64,000 nucleotides of DNA from Lama guanicoe (taxonomy: Eukaryota): NCBI GenBank assembly GCA_013239625.1, contig MU053559.1, positions 2,896,324 through 2,960,323 on the forward strand. Reading direction: 5' to 3'. The position numbers were made by a program, and so were the translations under genes. The notes below the pieces were generated by a model. It was not told the origin of the DNA. It worked only from the letters and a program-made list of their open reading frames with translations, and made no database searches. The first letter of the stretch is position 1. Every line of letters begins with the position of its first letter. Of this stretch, positions 39,500 to 52,318 are shown one piece after another.

Positions 39500-41779
39500 C
39501 TACTTAATTCTGTCATACAGTCAGTTTTACTTTCCCCTGAATCCACCAATCTGATGTGTTTAGCCGGGCAGAAACAGAGCCAGACTAGCTATTTGGGGAT
39601 ATCAAGTTTTCAGAGTGGGTCTTCCTCTCTGGGACGTGGCGGCCATAGTCGTTTCAATCTACTCTCATTTGATAGCAGAAAAGTGGGCTGATTTTTTCCC
39701 CCTCTTTTTAATTGTCTATGGTAAAGGCAGGATCTGTGTGTTTGAATTCAGCTCTTTTTCCAGTTCCTCATCAGTTTTTATTGTTGCAAGCTTTCTTTCC
39801 CGCAAGGCCAGGTTTTCATCCATTTCCCGAATTCGGCATTGCCCACTGTTCATTTTGAAATCACAGCATTTAATAGTGATTTATGTACAGAAAAAGTCCT
39901 CTCTATATAATTTTCTCTTTCCGTGACAGGCAGCTGCTGGGTCAGTGTACACTTTAACGCTATTTTTTCCTGCATATTCATTTGCTGATTTAAGGGGAAG
40001 AAGGAGGGTCCATGTTTTTGACTTCCAGGAAATGGCTTAAAATAGTTTGTGGAGTGAGGACTCTCAGACAAATGGATGCTTAAAAATGGAAAAAAGGAGA
40101 AATGTTACCTAGTAAAGAGATAATATGAAGAAAAGTAAAGAAATACCTCAGTTCTTATAAAATCATACTTTTGGTAACTCAAACCATCTAACATACATCT
40201 ATGAACTGAGACAAGTGAACCTGGGAAAGAACATGACAAGTGTGTAGAAATACTGGACCAAGGTTAAAGAGCTCTCATAATTTATTCGTGGGTGAGTTCC
40301 CCAGCTTTTTCTCAGAGATGATTTCTTCACAGAACAGTAAATTCTGGCTTCTGAATTTGCCAATATTTTACACAACATGGTAACCTTTTTGGTCATCTGA
40401 TTTCCCAACCCAGGGTAGATTAGAATTAGCAAATAAGTGAGGGAGGAGGTACTTGAGGGGAAAAGATGCTACAGACAGGCACAGCTAAGACATCTGAGAA
40501 CGTGAGACCAAAAACTGAAAAATGCCCTCAGAAATCAAAACATGGTAGTCTGGTGCCCATGGCCTGGGGCGACTAGCTCTATGGGCCTCAGTGGTCCAGG
40601 AGAACATCATTCACATCCAATTGATAACCTTTACTTGGTGACAGGTAATGGTTAAATTTAGTTCATGACACCCTATAAAAGCAGGGAAGGTGGTTTCTGA
40701 CAGATTTTAGAGATGCTATGGAAAATGATCTAAAAAACATGCTTTAGCACTTAAAGGAATAAAGTTCAGTTACCTAGAAAAATCACTTATGTGGAAACGT
40801 TTTCTCATATACTGTTAAATCAGGACTTGCTGTGTTATGAATATTTGTCTGAAATGACTGTGGGAGTCATGTTGATTAGCATGAGGTCTCAAAGATTAGA
40901 TTTTTGTTTTTAATGAGATTGTAGGGTTATCTATTTTATTCCTTTTTCCTAGCACCCCTCCTTGCTTCTGATGCAATACTCTGCTTTCTTTTGGGAGATG
41001 TTCCTTCAACTCCAGGATCAGAGGAGAATTGTCATCTTCTGACAGACCCCACCTCCTTGGCCACAGTGATTGGCTAGAGGTGGCCACTGACTAAACTGGC
41101 CTGTTCCCTGGCCACAGTGACAGGACTCAGGGATGAGCTTGTGATCTAAGCCAGGCATGCCACCCTCCAGGAGGCTTTTAATTAGAACAAAAGAAAAAGG
41201 TCACTTTCCTATTAGGTGGTGAAACTGAACGTATGTGTGCCCGGAACTGCCAGGGCCTTGGTCTCCACCTTTGGGCAAAAGTGGGTCTGAGAGAACTTCA
41301 CAGATGCGGAGACAGCACACCAGTTCTGAGGAACTTTTTTTCCAATGTCTGAGGTCCCTGGAACCATCCTGATTTTGCCTCTGTGACTCTTGTTTGTTTA
41401 GCAAATCTCTAGATTCTAGGAGCTACCCGCAGTGTCCTTTCAACAAATCCTCTTTGGCATAAACGATTCCAGTTGGCTTTCTGTCATCTGCAGCCAAGAC
41501 TCCTGCCAAGCGCAGGGAGCTCTGGAAACCGTGTGAGGCCCCCTGAGCTGGCCACTGCAATACTGAGGGTCTGATGTGGAGAACAAGAGGAAAATTGAGA
41601 ATCGGCCCCTATTTGTGTAACTAATGAGGAGCTGGTATCGCTTAAGTCATGTGATTGAAAGGAAAGGCTGCTGCCTCACCAAAGGAGGAAAAGACCGTGA
41701 AGGCTGTAATAGGAGTCCATGGAGCAATCTGCCTTATCAGATTTCCCTTTTCTGAACAATTGGAGCCAAATGCTCAGCC

Positions 41780-41880
41780 TTACTCTCCCGCCCCGCCCCC
41801 CGGGGCCCAGAGCACACTGACACGCATGCGCCATCCGACTCCCGGAAGGAGAGCGGAGAGCGTGGAGAGCTGCGCTCAGA
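41780..41880. promoter_or_regulatory. Small CpG-rich promoter/enhancer-like cluster
   Basis: Tandem GC boxes at 41788-41798, NRF1-like CGCATGCGC at 41823-41831, ETS core CCGGAAG at 41842-41848. Confidence 0.45.
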
Positions 41881-43001
41881 GGACTCTTAAAGTTGGAACT
41901 GTCTGAATTGGTGCAGGTACTGAAATCTCTCCTGCTCTCTACCATGGGCGTTGCCTCAGGTCCAGGAGAGAGGACGATGGTCCTCATTGCTAAAGGCCTG
42001 TCTCTATGATGATAAGTTCATAAACCATGTAGAGAATAATAATGATAGCTCACACTTAGGGAGTGCCATGCACTATTTTAAGTGATTGACATATTTCATT
42101 TAATCCTCATAACTCAGGAAGGTAGTACTAATATAATTCCTATTTTAGAGATGGGCAAATTCAAGCATCACACTGATGATGATGATAACAATAATAAATA
42201 TGATTATAAATAAATAAATAAAATGAAGAACATGGATAAGTTTCTATTGATAATAAAAAACAAGAAGAAAAGAGAGAGGAAAAAAATGCTCATTTGCCAG
42301 CACTGAAGATGCTTTTCACATCAACTTTTCCTCTGGAGATTTGTAATTAGAAAAAATTAAGTATTTCTCCTATTCTAATTGAAGAGAGAAGCTGCTTCTT
42401 TATAAAAGAATTACAGCTGATAAACATAAAGATGATAAAATTAGAAAATCGCCACTGTGCAAAGCCTCATGACACAATTGATTCTGGAAGGGATTATCAG
42501 TGGAAGGCAGAACCTTTAGGTGTCAGGCTGTTAGTGGACAGGATGGTTGCATGGTGCCAAATTGTCACCTCAGAGATAATCTGCTCATTATAAAGGGAAA
42601 AGCGTACTTCTGCAGTGAAGAGATCTGGTGATTATCACTTTAAGTCAGGAATTAAACTTCACAGCACTGAGGGTGTGACAGTCTATTTTGTACTCCTTGT
42701 ATGATACAATATGAAGTAAACAGCATTATCTATGAAGTATTACTGTCTTCCGGCCTTTTGCATGGACTCCAGGGGGTAAGAGAACAAGTCAAATGATACC
42801 ACAAGGAAAGCGTCAGTCAAATCCAGAATGATGTAAGACATTCTACAAGACTACAAATGGATCTTGCCCCTTCAAAGTCATTGAAATGCAAATTAAAAAG
42901 ACATGGAGACAGTTTAAGGTTAAAGGACACAAAAGAGAAATTAATGGCAAATACATCTCATAAACTTTGGATCATTTTTTGAAATAAAAGTAGTTATGTA
43001 A

Positions 43002-43152
43002 GGGGGGAGGGTACAGCTCAATGGTAGAATGCAGGCTTAGCATGCACGAGGTCTTGGGTTCGACCCCCCCAGCACCTCCTTTAAAATAAACAAACAAACA
43101 AACAAACAAACAAACCTAATTACCCACCCCCAAAATAAAAAAAAATTTTTTT
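43002..43152 (+). mobile_element. tRNA-Ala-derived SINE (Vic-1-like), long form, nested in an old L1 3' UTR
   Basis: Perfect 14-bp TSD AAGTAGTTATGTAA at 42988-43001 and 43153-43166. Confidence 0.9.
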
Positions 43153-43577
43153 AAGTAGTTATGTAAAACATTTGGACAATTGGGGAATTTTGAATATGAC
43201 TACACAGTAAGTATTTTAAGGAAATAGCATTATTTTTCTTAGGTATGATAATGGCATTGTGGTGATTTTAAGAAAATGTCCTTATTCTTGGGAGATGCAT
43301 ATTCAGATATTCAGGAGTATGATATCATGATACATGTATGTAGATAGAAAAAGCTAACATGGCAAAGTTCTAACTGTTGAATCTGGTTAATACATATATA
43401 TATGTGTGTGTGTGTGTGTGTTGTGTGTACATTATATCATTCTTTCCACTTCTTTTGTATGTTTGCAAATTTCTAAAGTAAAAATTTGGGGGGAATATTT
43501 CTCTCTTTAGGAATATCTCTTGCCTTCAAACTTGCAGTTAGGTCAATCAGTTTGTAAACAAACTGGCTTTCATTTAA

Positions 43578-44157
43578 ATAGGCAGAATTCTAAGAATGGC
43601 TTCTTCAACATTCTGTGCCCTAATCTCAGATCCTGTGAATACAATAAGATCACTCCCCTAATTATGTAATGTTATATAAGACAGTTAGCCCTAAAGTAGG
43701 GAGATTATCGCAGTGAGCCTGATCTAATTACACAAGTCTCTTAAAACGAGTTTTTTCTGGTTGGTGGCAAAAGGAGTCAGAGAGACTCAAAGCACATGAA
43801 GGAATTGATACACTAATGCTAGTTTTGAAGATGACCAAGAGAATGCCGCAAGCCAAGAAATGTAGATAGGCCCTAGGAACAGAAATCAGCCCCTACATGA
43901 CAGCCAGCAGTCCTACAACTGCAAGGAACTGAATTCCAACAACGGTATCAATGATCTTGGAAGAGGAATATTCTTCAGAGCCTCCAGAGAGAAATGCAGT
44001 CTTGCCAACAACATAATTTCAGCCTAATGAAACCTAGAACAGAGGAAATATCTGAGATTGCCCTATACTTCTGACATACAGAATGGTGAGCAAATAAATG
44101 GTGTTTTAAGCCACTAGATTTGTAGTAGTTTGGTTTGGTGGCAATAGAAAACTATTA
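43578..44157 (+). mobile_element. MLT1E-like MaLR solo LTR
   Basis: Starts ggcagaattctaagaatggc and ends aataaatggtgttttaagccactagatttgtagtag...gcaatagaaaacta. Confidence 0.8.
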
Positions 44158-44591
44158 GAGCATCTTAGGAAGATCCAGGTGCTAGAAAGAAAATGTTCAG
44201 GGACTTTGGAGTTTGGGTGCATTCACTTGCTGAACTCTGTATAGTACAAAATGAAAATATGGGTTGCTTTGCTCTACTGTTACAAATTGCTCCTTATCTT
44301 TTTTTTGGGTAAATGTGCAATTTATTTTATTTTATTTACATTTTTTATTGAGTTATAGTCATTTTACAATGTTGTGTCAAATTCCAGTGTAGAACACAAT
44401 TTTTCAGTTATACATGAACATACATATATTCATTGTCACATCTTTTTTTTTTTGCTGTGAGCTACCACAAGATCTTGTATGTATTTCCCTGTGCTCTTAT
44501 CTTTCTGAATTACAGAAAATTTATTCTCTGTTACTTATTTCTTTGTATCTCCTAAATGTGCCTGCCTGTTAAGGTGTTTTCGGTTTTCTTT

Positions 44592-44823
44592 TTCCAGAAT
44601 GGAAAAATATATAAATATATACTTTTAAATTTCAGAAAAAGTATATATAAATATATACTTTTAAATTTCCAGTATGGAAAAATATATAAATATATACTTT
44701 TAAATTTCAGAAAAAGTATATATAAATATATACTTTTAAATTTCCAGTATGGAAAAATATATAAATATATACTTTTAAATTTCAGAAAAATATATAAATA
44801 TATACTTTTAAATTTCAGAAAAA
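44592..44823. repeat. AT-rich minisatellite with a 75-bp higher-order unit (39 + 36 bp subunits), about 3 copies
   Basis: A 44592-44630, B 44631-44666, A 44667-44705, B 44706-44741, A 44742-44780, B' (33 bp) 44781-44813, then a partial unit. Confidence 0.95.
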
Positions 44824-44869
44824 ACATTTGACAGATTTTCCTTCATGGTCAGTTAGGGAGAAAGCAGAT

Positions 44870-47452
44870 TTGAAGGAATGAGATCCATGGGAATGGTGGA
44901 GTGAAGACCTCCAAAAATTCATTCCTCCATTCTATTGTTCTTACAATGAGAATACTGAATACTGATAAAAATTGTCAAAATCAACTTTTTTAGAACACTG
45001 GAAAGTAACCAAAGGCTTGCAACAATTCGAGGAATGTTTATTCTAGAAAAACCAGTGGAATCTCAGTAAGAATAGGGAGCTTTGTGGTACTTCAACTTGC
45101 CTCATAACATCCTCCTCTTCCCAGTTCCTCAGAAGTCTTGAGATCCAACAGTGTCACAACAAAAGGAGCTGTGAAAACTAGCAACCTAGCAGCCACTGGG
45201 GACAGAAGAATTTTGGAGCTCCTCCAAAGCCCCATTCCAATAAAATTGCCATTATCTGACTTTTTCTGGCAATTCCCTGGAAACATTCTAATCAAAAGGC
45301 AGAAATTGGCAGAATGGATAAGAAACAATGAGTCAACTCTATGGTGTGTACAAGAGACAGACATTAGTCTCAAAGACACAAATACATTGAAAGTAACAGA
45401 ATGAAAAAATATATTCCACACAAACAGTAACCAAAAGAAAGCTGGAGTGACTATACTAATACTAGACAACATAGACTTTATGATGAAAAATTTTTACTAG
45501 CAACAAATAAGACATTTTATATAATAATAAAAGATCAATCCATCAAGAAGATAAAACAATTATATGTGAACCTAACAACTGAGCCCCAAAACAGAAGATG
45601 TAAAATTGGCACAATTGAAGGTAGTGGATTAGAGAATAGAAAAATATAGATAAAATCAACAAAACCAAAAATGGTTTCTTTTAAAAGATCAACAAAGTTT
45701 ACAAAACTTTAATTAGACTGACCGAAAAAGAAAAGAGAAGACTCAAGTTACTAAAATCAGGAATGAAAGAGAGGACATTACACTAATTCTACAGAAATAA
45801 AAAGGATTAGAAGGGAGAACTATCAACAATCGTATGCCAATTAACTAGATGACCCAGATGAAATGCACAAATTCTTAGAAAGACACAAACTACCGAAAGT
45901 ACCTCAAGAAGAAATAGAAAACCTGAAAGGATAGAATTAGTAATCAAAAGACATTTATAAAGAAAATCTTAGATCCAGATGGCTTCGTGGGTAAATTCTA
46001 CCAACGATTTAAAGAAGAATTAACACCAGTGCTTCACAAACTCTTCTAAAAATGAAAGGGCAGGGAGCACTTCCCAACTCATTCTATGAGTCCAGGATCA
46101 CTCTGATACCAAAACCAGAAAAAGACATCACAAGAAGAGAAAATTACAGACCAGAAATCCCTTATGAATATAGATGCAGAAATCCTCAATAGAAAATAAC
46201 AGCAAACTGAATCTAGCAGCATATAAAAAAGGATCTTACACCATGACCCAGTGGGATTTATCCCAGACTGCTAGGATAGTTCAACATATAAAAATCATTC
46301 AATCAATGAATCGAAGACCTAAATTTAAGTGACAAAACTATAAAATGACTAGAAAAAACATAAACATAAATCTTTATGACCTTAGAGTAAGCAATGGTTT
46401 CCTACATATGATGCCAAAAGAAAAAGCAAAAAAGGAAAAACTAGATAAATTGGACCTTGTCAAAATTAAAAACTCCCATGCTTTGAAGGACACCATCAAG
46501 AAAGTGAAAAGACAACCCACGGAATGGGAACAATACTTGCAAATCATATATCTGATAAAGGACTTGTATCAAGAATATATAAAGAACTTTTAAACCTAAA
46601 CAACAAAAAAAGGCCCAGTTAATAAAATGAGAGAGGATTTGAGTAGACTTTTCCCAAGAAAGATATACAAATGGCCAATAAGCACATGAAAAGATGTTTA
46701 ACATCATTAGTCATTAGAGAAATGCAAATCAAAACCGTAAGAAGATACTACTTCACATCCGTTGGGATGGCTATAATAAAAAAGACATAATAATAAAGTG
46801 TTGACAAAGATGGGGAAAAAATTGGAACCCTCATACATTGCTGGTGAGAATGAAAAATGATGCGGCTGTTGTGGAAAAATTTGGTGGTTCTTCAAGTAGT
46901 TAAGCATACTTATTGTATGCTTCAGCAATTCCACTCCTAGTTAAATACACAAGAGAAATGAAAACATAGGTCCGTGTAAAAACTTGAACATGAATGGTCA
47001 TAGCAACATTATTTATAATAGCGAAAAAGTGAAAACAACCCAAAATGTCCATCAACTTATGAATGGATAAACAAAGTGTGGTATATTCATATGATGAATT
47101 GTTAGTCATAAAAAGGAAGAAGTATTGACACATGCTACAACATGGCTGAACCATGAAAACATACTAAGTGAAAGAAGCCAGACACAGAAGGCTACATGTT
47201 GTATGATTCCATTTATATGAAATGTCCAAAATTGGCAAATCCATAGAAACAGAAAATAGATTAGTGGTTGTCAGAAGCTAGGGAAGGGAGAGCAGAGATT
47301 GACTGCTAATGGACAAGGGGTCTTACTGAAGTGATGAAGATGTTCTGAAATTAGATAGTGGGGATGGTTGTATACGTTTGTGAATATACTAAAAACCACT
47401 GAATTGTAGACTAAAAGGGTGAATTTTATTGTATGTGAATTATTTCTCAATT
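44870..47452 (+). mobile_element. Internally deleted older L1 (5' UTR piece, endonuclease, RT pieces, 3' end)
   Basis: IKRQKLAEWIRN..LWCVQET (endonuclease), DTIKKVKRQPTEWE, and an L1MB-like 3' UTR. Confidence 0.88.
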
Positions 47453-48335
47453 AAAAGAAAGAACTCTTAGAACTCAATAATAAGAAAACAAACAAGCCAA
47501 TTAATAAATGGGCTAAGAATTTGAAGAGACACTTCATTAAAGAAGATACATTGATGGCAAATAAGCACATGAAAATACACTCAGCATCATTAGTCATTAA
47601 CAGAAATTTAAATAAAACATCACAATGAAATACCACTGCACTCCTATTATAACGGATACCATTCTTAACAATAATGGCAATGCCAAGAGCTGGTGAGGAT
47701 AAGGGGCAACCAGAACTCTCATAATTTGCTGCTGGGAATTCAAAAGGATATAGCCACTCTGGAAAATGGTTTGGCAGTATCTTGAAAGATTAAACATACG
47801 CTTCCTATGAGACCCAGCAATCCCACTCCTGTATATTGACCACAAAGAAAGGAAATTTTATGTTCACACAAAAACCTGTTCACTAGTAAACCTAAGCTTT
47901 ATTCATAATTGCTAAAAACTAGAAGCAACCCAAATGTCCCACAATGGATGAAGATTTATACAACATGCCTATATCAATGTCAGAGCACACTCTTCAGCAA
48001 TAAAATGGGAACCAGCTACTGATACATGCAAAAACCTGGAGGAATGTATTATGCAAAATGAAGGAACCCAGACCCCAAAAGCTACATACTCTAGGGTTCT
48101 ATTTCTATGACTGTCTGGAAAAGGCAAACATATAAGGGCAGGAAACAGATTAGTAGTTGCCAGGGGTTGGGAGGAGGGGAAGGGGTTGATTTCAGCCCAG
48201 CCTGAGGGTCTCTTTGGGGCAATGAGACTTCTGTATTTCAGTTATAAGAATTTCGCAACTGTATTCATTTTTCAAAACTCACAGAACCGGACACCAGAGT
48301 GAGTTTTACTGTATATAAATTATATCTTTAAAATA
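47453..48335 (+). mobile_element. Second old L1 3' end, in tandem with the previous L1
   Basis: Repeats the ORF2 C-terminal and 3' UTR text immediately after the previous L1 end. Confidence 0.8.
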
Positions 48336-49979
48336 GGGGGGGAAAAAACCAGAATCTGAGTAGTACTAGATAAAGAAAATAAATTTGGAACATTGCTTCA
48401 GGTTTTGCCTCTTCTTGTCTACCCAAGTCGCATCTTTGGAAATCCACTTCACCTAGACACAGAACAGCGTGTGTTATGTGGTAGATGAGACGACCTACAT
48501 CAGATGCAGAGGAAGGGGAAATTTTTTTGAAAACTTCTGCCCATCTTAAAATGACCAGTCAAATATAGACCAGGAGAAAGAAGACCTGATAAAGGAAAAA
48601 CCATGAAAAATAACACCAGTGGTTTTCAGGAAAAGGGTGAAGGAATGGCTTGGGCATGACAAGGGAGACTCAACAAATCCAAATTACCTGGCGAGACCCA
48701 CACCCACTCATTTTGGCCAGTGTAACATAATCAGAGATAATAGGTAGCGGACAAGTGGGCCAGATAAGTGGTGGTTGCTAGGCAGAAATCTTGTGAGTTT
48801 AAAATGGTCCTTGGAAGATTGGGATGTTTCACCCATCACATCCCTGCCTCTCATCATGGGCTAGGTGAAGAGAAAGAGGTCACAGGCCTTAGGTAACAAC
48901 CTTCTATCTTAGCCTTTATCTTCATAAACAAAGAGGTTCTTCTTCCAACCAGCGATGAAGACCACAGTTGTCACATCTCCTTCAAAGAGACAACTGCCAG
49001 ATGGAAGCCAGGGCAAGCTGTTGCTGGGCCAACACCGTGTCGATTCCTTCGCATGTCCTCTGGGGCGCCCTTGCTGTGGTGTACTCGTCTTGCTGGAAAG
49101 TGTCTATAATCTATGCAGTTAAGACTGCTCCCTAATCAGGGTCTCACCCTGACTTTGGAGTGAAAGTGGTTTTTTTTTTTCTCCCAGTAACATTAGAGAA
49201 TATAACATGTTTTACATCTTCTTGTATCCGTAGAGCAGCCCACTTTGCTTGTGCACAGAAAAAGAACAGGATGCTAATAAAGAGCTTTGTGAAGGGAAAC
49301 CTGCCAAGCATCATTGTAAGTGTGGAGAATATATGAAGAGTCCTTATTTGATAGAGTAGAGGAAAATTACCTTTAACACAGAATCTTTTTTTTTTAATTC
49401 AAGAAGCCTTCTGTTAAAACTACAGTTCAAAATTATGTTTCCCAGAGAAAAGTATTTTCATTTGATTTGTTTAATTTTTCAACAAGAATTTCAAAATATA
49501 CAGGCAATCCAGTCAATCCTTATTGATTTTAGAGTACATAATGATATAATTAATAATGACCTAGAAGAATTTTTATTTATTAAAGATTTCAATAATTGTT
49601 GTATATTAAAATATGCTACAGAAGAAATTTAAACCAAATTAACAGATATGTGCTAGTGGGTTTTCACTTATTTGTTTGTCTGGTCTTCTTTGCAATTTTT
49701 GAAGAACAGTGTAAGTCTTTTCTGAACTGTCTCTTTCAATAATAGGGTCCAAATTCCTTTGCATAGAGAATTTGTCTCTGCCTTCCCACTTCTGGAATGG
49801 TGGACTAGGGGATTTGGCTCATGTACATGACTTCGGGACAACTAGACAAGATGCGTGGGATAGAAAAGATCTGTGAAAAGGCACTAGGGAGAAGGAAGCC
49901 CTGGAAACTGCTCTGCCCAGGACATTTATACTAATTTCAGTAGGGAAGCTGAGAAGCTCAAATGCAGAGCAAAACTTTT

Positions 49980-50072
49980 TTTTTTTTTAAATGGAGGTTC
50001 TGGGGATTGAACCCATGGCTTAATGCATGCTAAGTACATGCTCTGCCACTGAGCTATACCTCCAGCCCCCCC
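49980..50072 (-). mobile_element. tRNA-Ala-derived SINE (Vic-1-like), short form, antisense
   Basis: Poly-T followed by reverse-complement B and A boxes (ccactgagctatacc); TSD agcaaaactttt / agcagaactttt. Confidence 0.88.
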
Positions 50073-50689
50073 GAAGCAGAACTTTTCCTACCCTTGCCGA
50101 GCTAAGGAACCTGGCAAGGAAACAGGAGAAGACTTGGATCTGTACCCCAAAGGGTTACATCCTATAACCAGAAATAAACTCTCCCAAGAGCTATAGCTCA
50201 GCCTGGAATCATCTCAATCACTGAACTTGGCTAGTGATTCTGGGCATCCCAAACTGCTGGCATGCTCAGATACCACACTGAAGTAAACAGAAATACTCTC
50301 TGGAGAAAGAGAACATCCATGCATCAAAGCGTTTCTACAAACAATTTTCCAAATGCAATGTCCAGCATTTGACGAGAAATAATGAGACACACAAGAAGGA
50401 AAGATGCCATTAAAAAAAAAAAAACCTAGCAGTAATTATAGAAAATAGAAACAGACTCACACTGGCTATAGATATTAGAATTAAGAGCCTCAGAGCTTAA
50501 AATAATTATCTTTCCTATGCCCAAGGAGATAAAAGACAAAATTAAGAATTTGGCAGAAAACTGGCAACCATTAGAAAGAACCAAATAAAAATTCCAGAAC
50601 TAAAAAATACAGTAACCAAAATGAAGAATGCAGTGGTTGAAGTTAATGAAAGATTAAACGAATCTGCAGGAAGAATCAAAGACCTGGAA

Positions 50690-50885
50690 CGGGGTCAGTA
50701 AACTAAAACCTGTGGCCCAAATCTGGCTCATAGCCTGTTCTTGTATGGCCCATGAGCTAATGGTTTTCACATTTTTAAAGCGTTAGGGGAAACAAAGGAA
50801 GAATATGTGACAGAGACTATACTTGACCTGCAAAACCTAAAATATTTACTGTCTATGTTTCTTTTGAAAAGTTTGCCAAGCCCTG
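50690..50885. mobile_element. MER58-like hAT-Charlie MITE
   Basis: Termini ggggtcagtaaact... and ...agtttgccaagccctg; internal aaaacctaaaatatttactg. Confidence 0.8.
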
Positions 50886-50890
50886 AACTA

Positions 50891-51349
50891 TGTGGATGAA
50901 AAATGTCACCTGCCATACCAGTAAATAAAGGATGTTTCGGGCAGTCTAGCCCCCAGCCACTGCAGCTGCCCCTGATGGTGCACCCTGAGGGGATTCAGGA
51001 TGGAGAAAAAAAGGATACTGGCCCTAAATAGTTAAGGTGCATATCAAAGGAATAATTTCAATGAGCCCAGATTCTTGCATCTTCCCATACATAGAAAAGT
51101 GCTAAATTCATTAACTTGAGATGCCTAGTTTTCTTTAATTAACAGGAACCTTTAGATGTTTCGATTACCTAGTTTTTGTTGCAAAAACTCCTATGTATCC
51201 TGGCTTCTCCCTTACCTCTTTGGAGCAGTCCTTCAGCACAATCAGAGTCTATCTTCCAGTCTTGATTCCTCAGTAAGTCCGCCACATAAAACATAGTTTT
51301 CAACTTTTAGGTCATGCATTTTTTTTTTTTTTTTTTTTATTCGTCGACA
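50891..51349 (+). mobile_element. ERV1-class solo LTR (459 bp)
   Basis: TG...CA termini with a perfect 4-bp TSD ACTA (50887-50890 / 51350-51353). Confidence 0.82.
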
Positions 51350-51981
51350 ACTAGAAGGCAAGTGAGCAGAGCATATAGAGAACTGTAAATAGCGGGGCCA
51401 GGGAGAGGCCTGTGAAGGCAGCCCCAGCCAGCATTGCACCCAGCTAGTGAGAATCGGCTCCTCTGCCCCTCCAGCCCTTTCAGGAGTGCTTTGACCATTC
51501 ATTCATTCGTTCATTCAGGTATTTAATACGGATGCAGTGAATTCCCACCTTAGTGCTTAAGAGCACAGACTTTATAGTCAAACTTGGGTTTAAATTCCAC
51601 CTTAGCCTCTTCACAGGGAGAAAAGGCAGATGATAACAGGGCCTGGCTGACTGGTAGTCATGGGGACCAGAAGAGATAATGCATATCAGGCACTTAGCAC
51701 AGTGTCTGGATATAGTAAGGACTCACTACAGGTCAGGTGCTATTGTTAGCAAGCAGTGTGCTCAGGCCATGCCCCAAACTGGCTGTAAGTCCCAGAAGGA
51801 CATCCTGGTGCCTGTAATGGGGGTGAGGTGGGGTGAAAGTAGGACAAAGAAGGAAGGGAGGGCAGGACCATCTTGAATATGGGAGGTGAAGGCCCAACGC
51901 AAACTTTATGCCATTCTTCTGCCCACAAACAAACATTTGCCTACATGTGAACTACAGTTAAAAGTGAGTATCATCATATTC

Positions 51982-52318
51982 ACAAAACAGAAATAGACTC
52001 ACAGATATAGAAAACAAGCTTATGGTCACCAAAAGGGAAGGAGGGGGGAGGGATAAATTAGAAGTTTGATATTAGCAGATACACACTACTATATATAAAA
52101 TAGATAAACAAGGACCTACTGTAGAGCACAGGGAACGATAATCAATTTCTTGTAATAACCTATAATGGAAAAGAATCTGAAAAAGAATAGATTTCTATAA
52201 TTATATATATATATATATGTATAACTGAGTCACTTTCTTATACACCTGAAACTAACACAACATTGTAAATCAACTATACTTCAATTAAAAAAATAAAATT
52301 AAAAAAATCAAAATTAAA
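51982..52318 (+). mobile_element. L1 3' UTR fragment
   Basis: Same text as the L1 3' UTR at 4310-4590. Confidence 0.88.

Noticed and set aside
41917..41945. GTACTGAAATC resembling the start of TM2D3 exon 3 (STEIPP)
   Set aside because: Similarity stops after ~11 nt and no YVMKCPSNG follows; a chance match.
44552..44831. Repetitive proteins on both strands, or a CRISPR-like array
   Set aside because: The open frames follow from unit lengths divisible by 3. There are no unique spacers, and the context is mammalian.
48690..49105. Unique segment with minus-strand acceptor- and donor-like ends, a possible extra exon
   Set aside because: All three frames have stops and no recognisable motif, so I cannot link it to the fossil gene without alignments.
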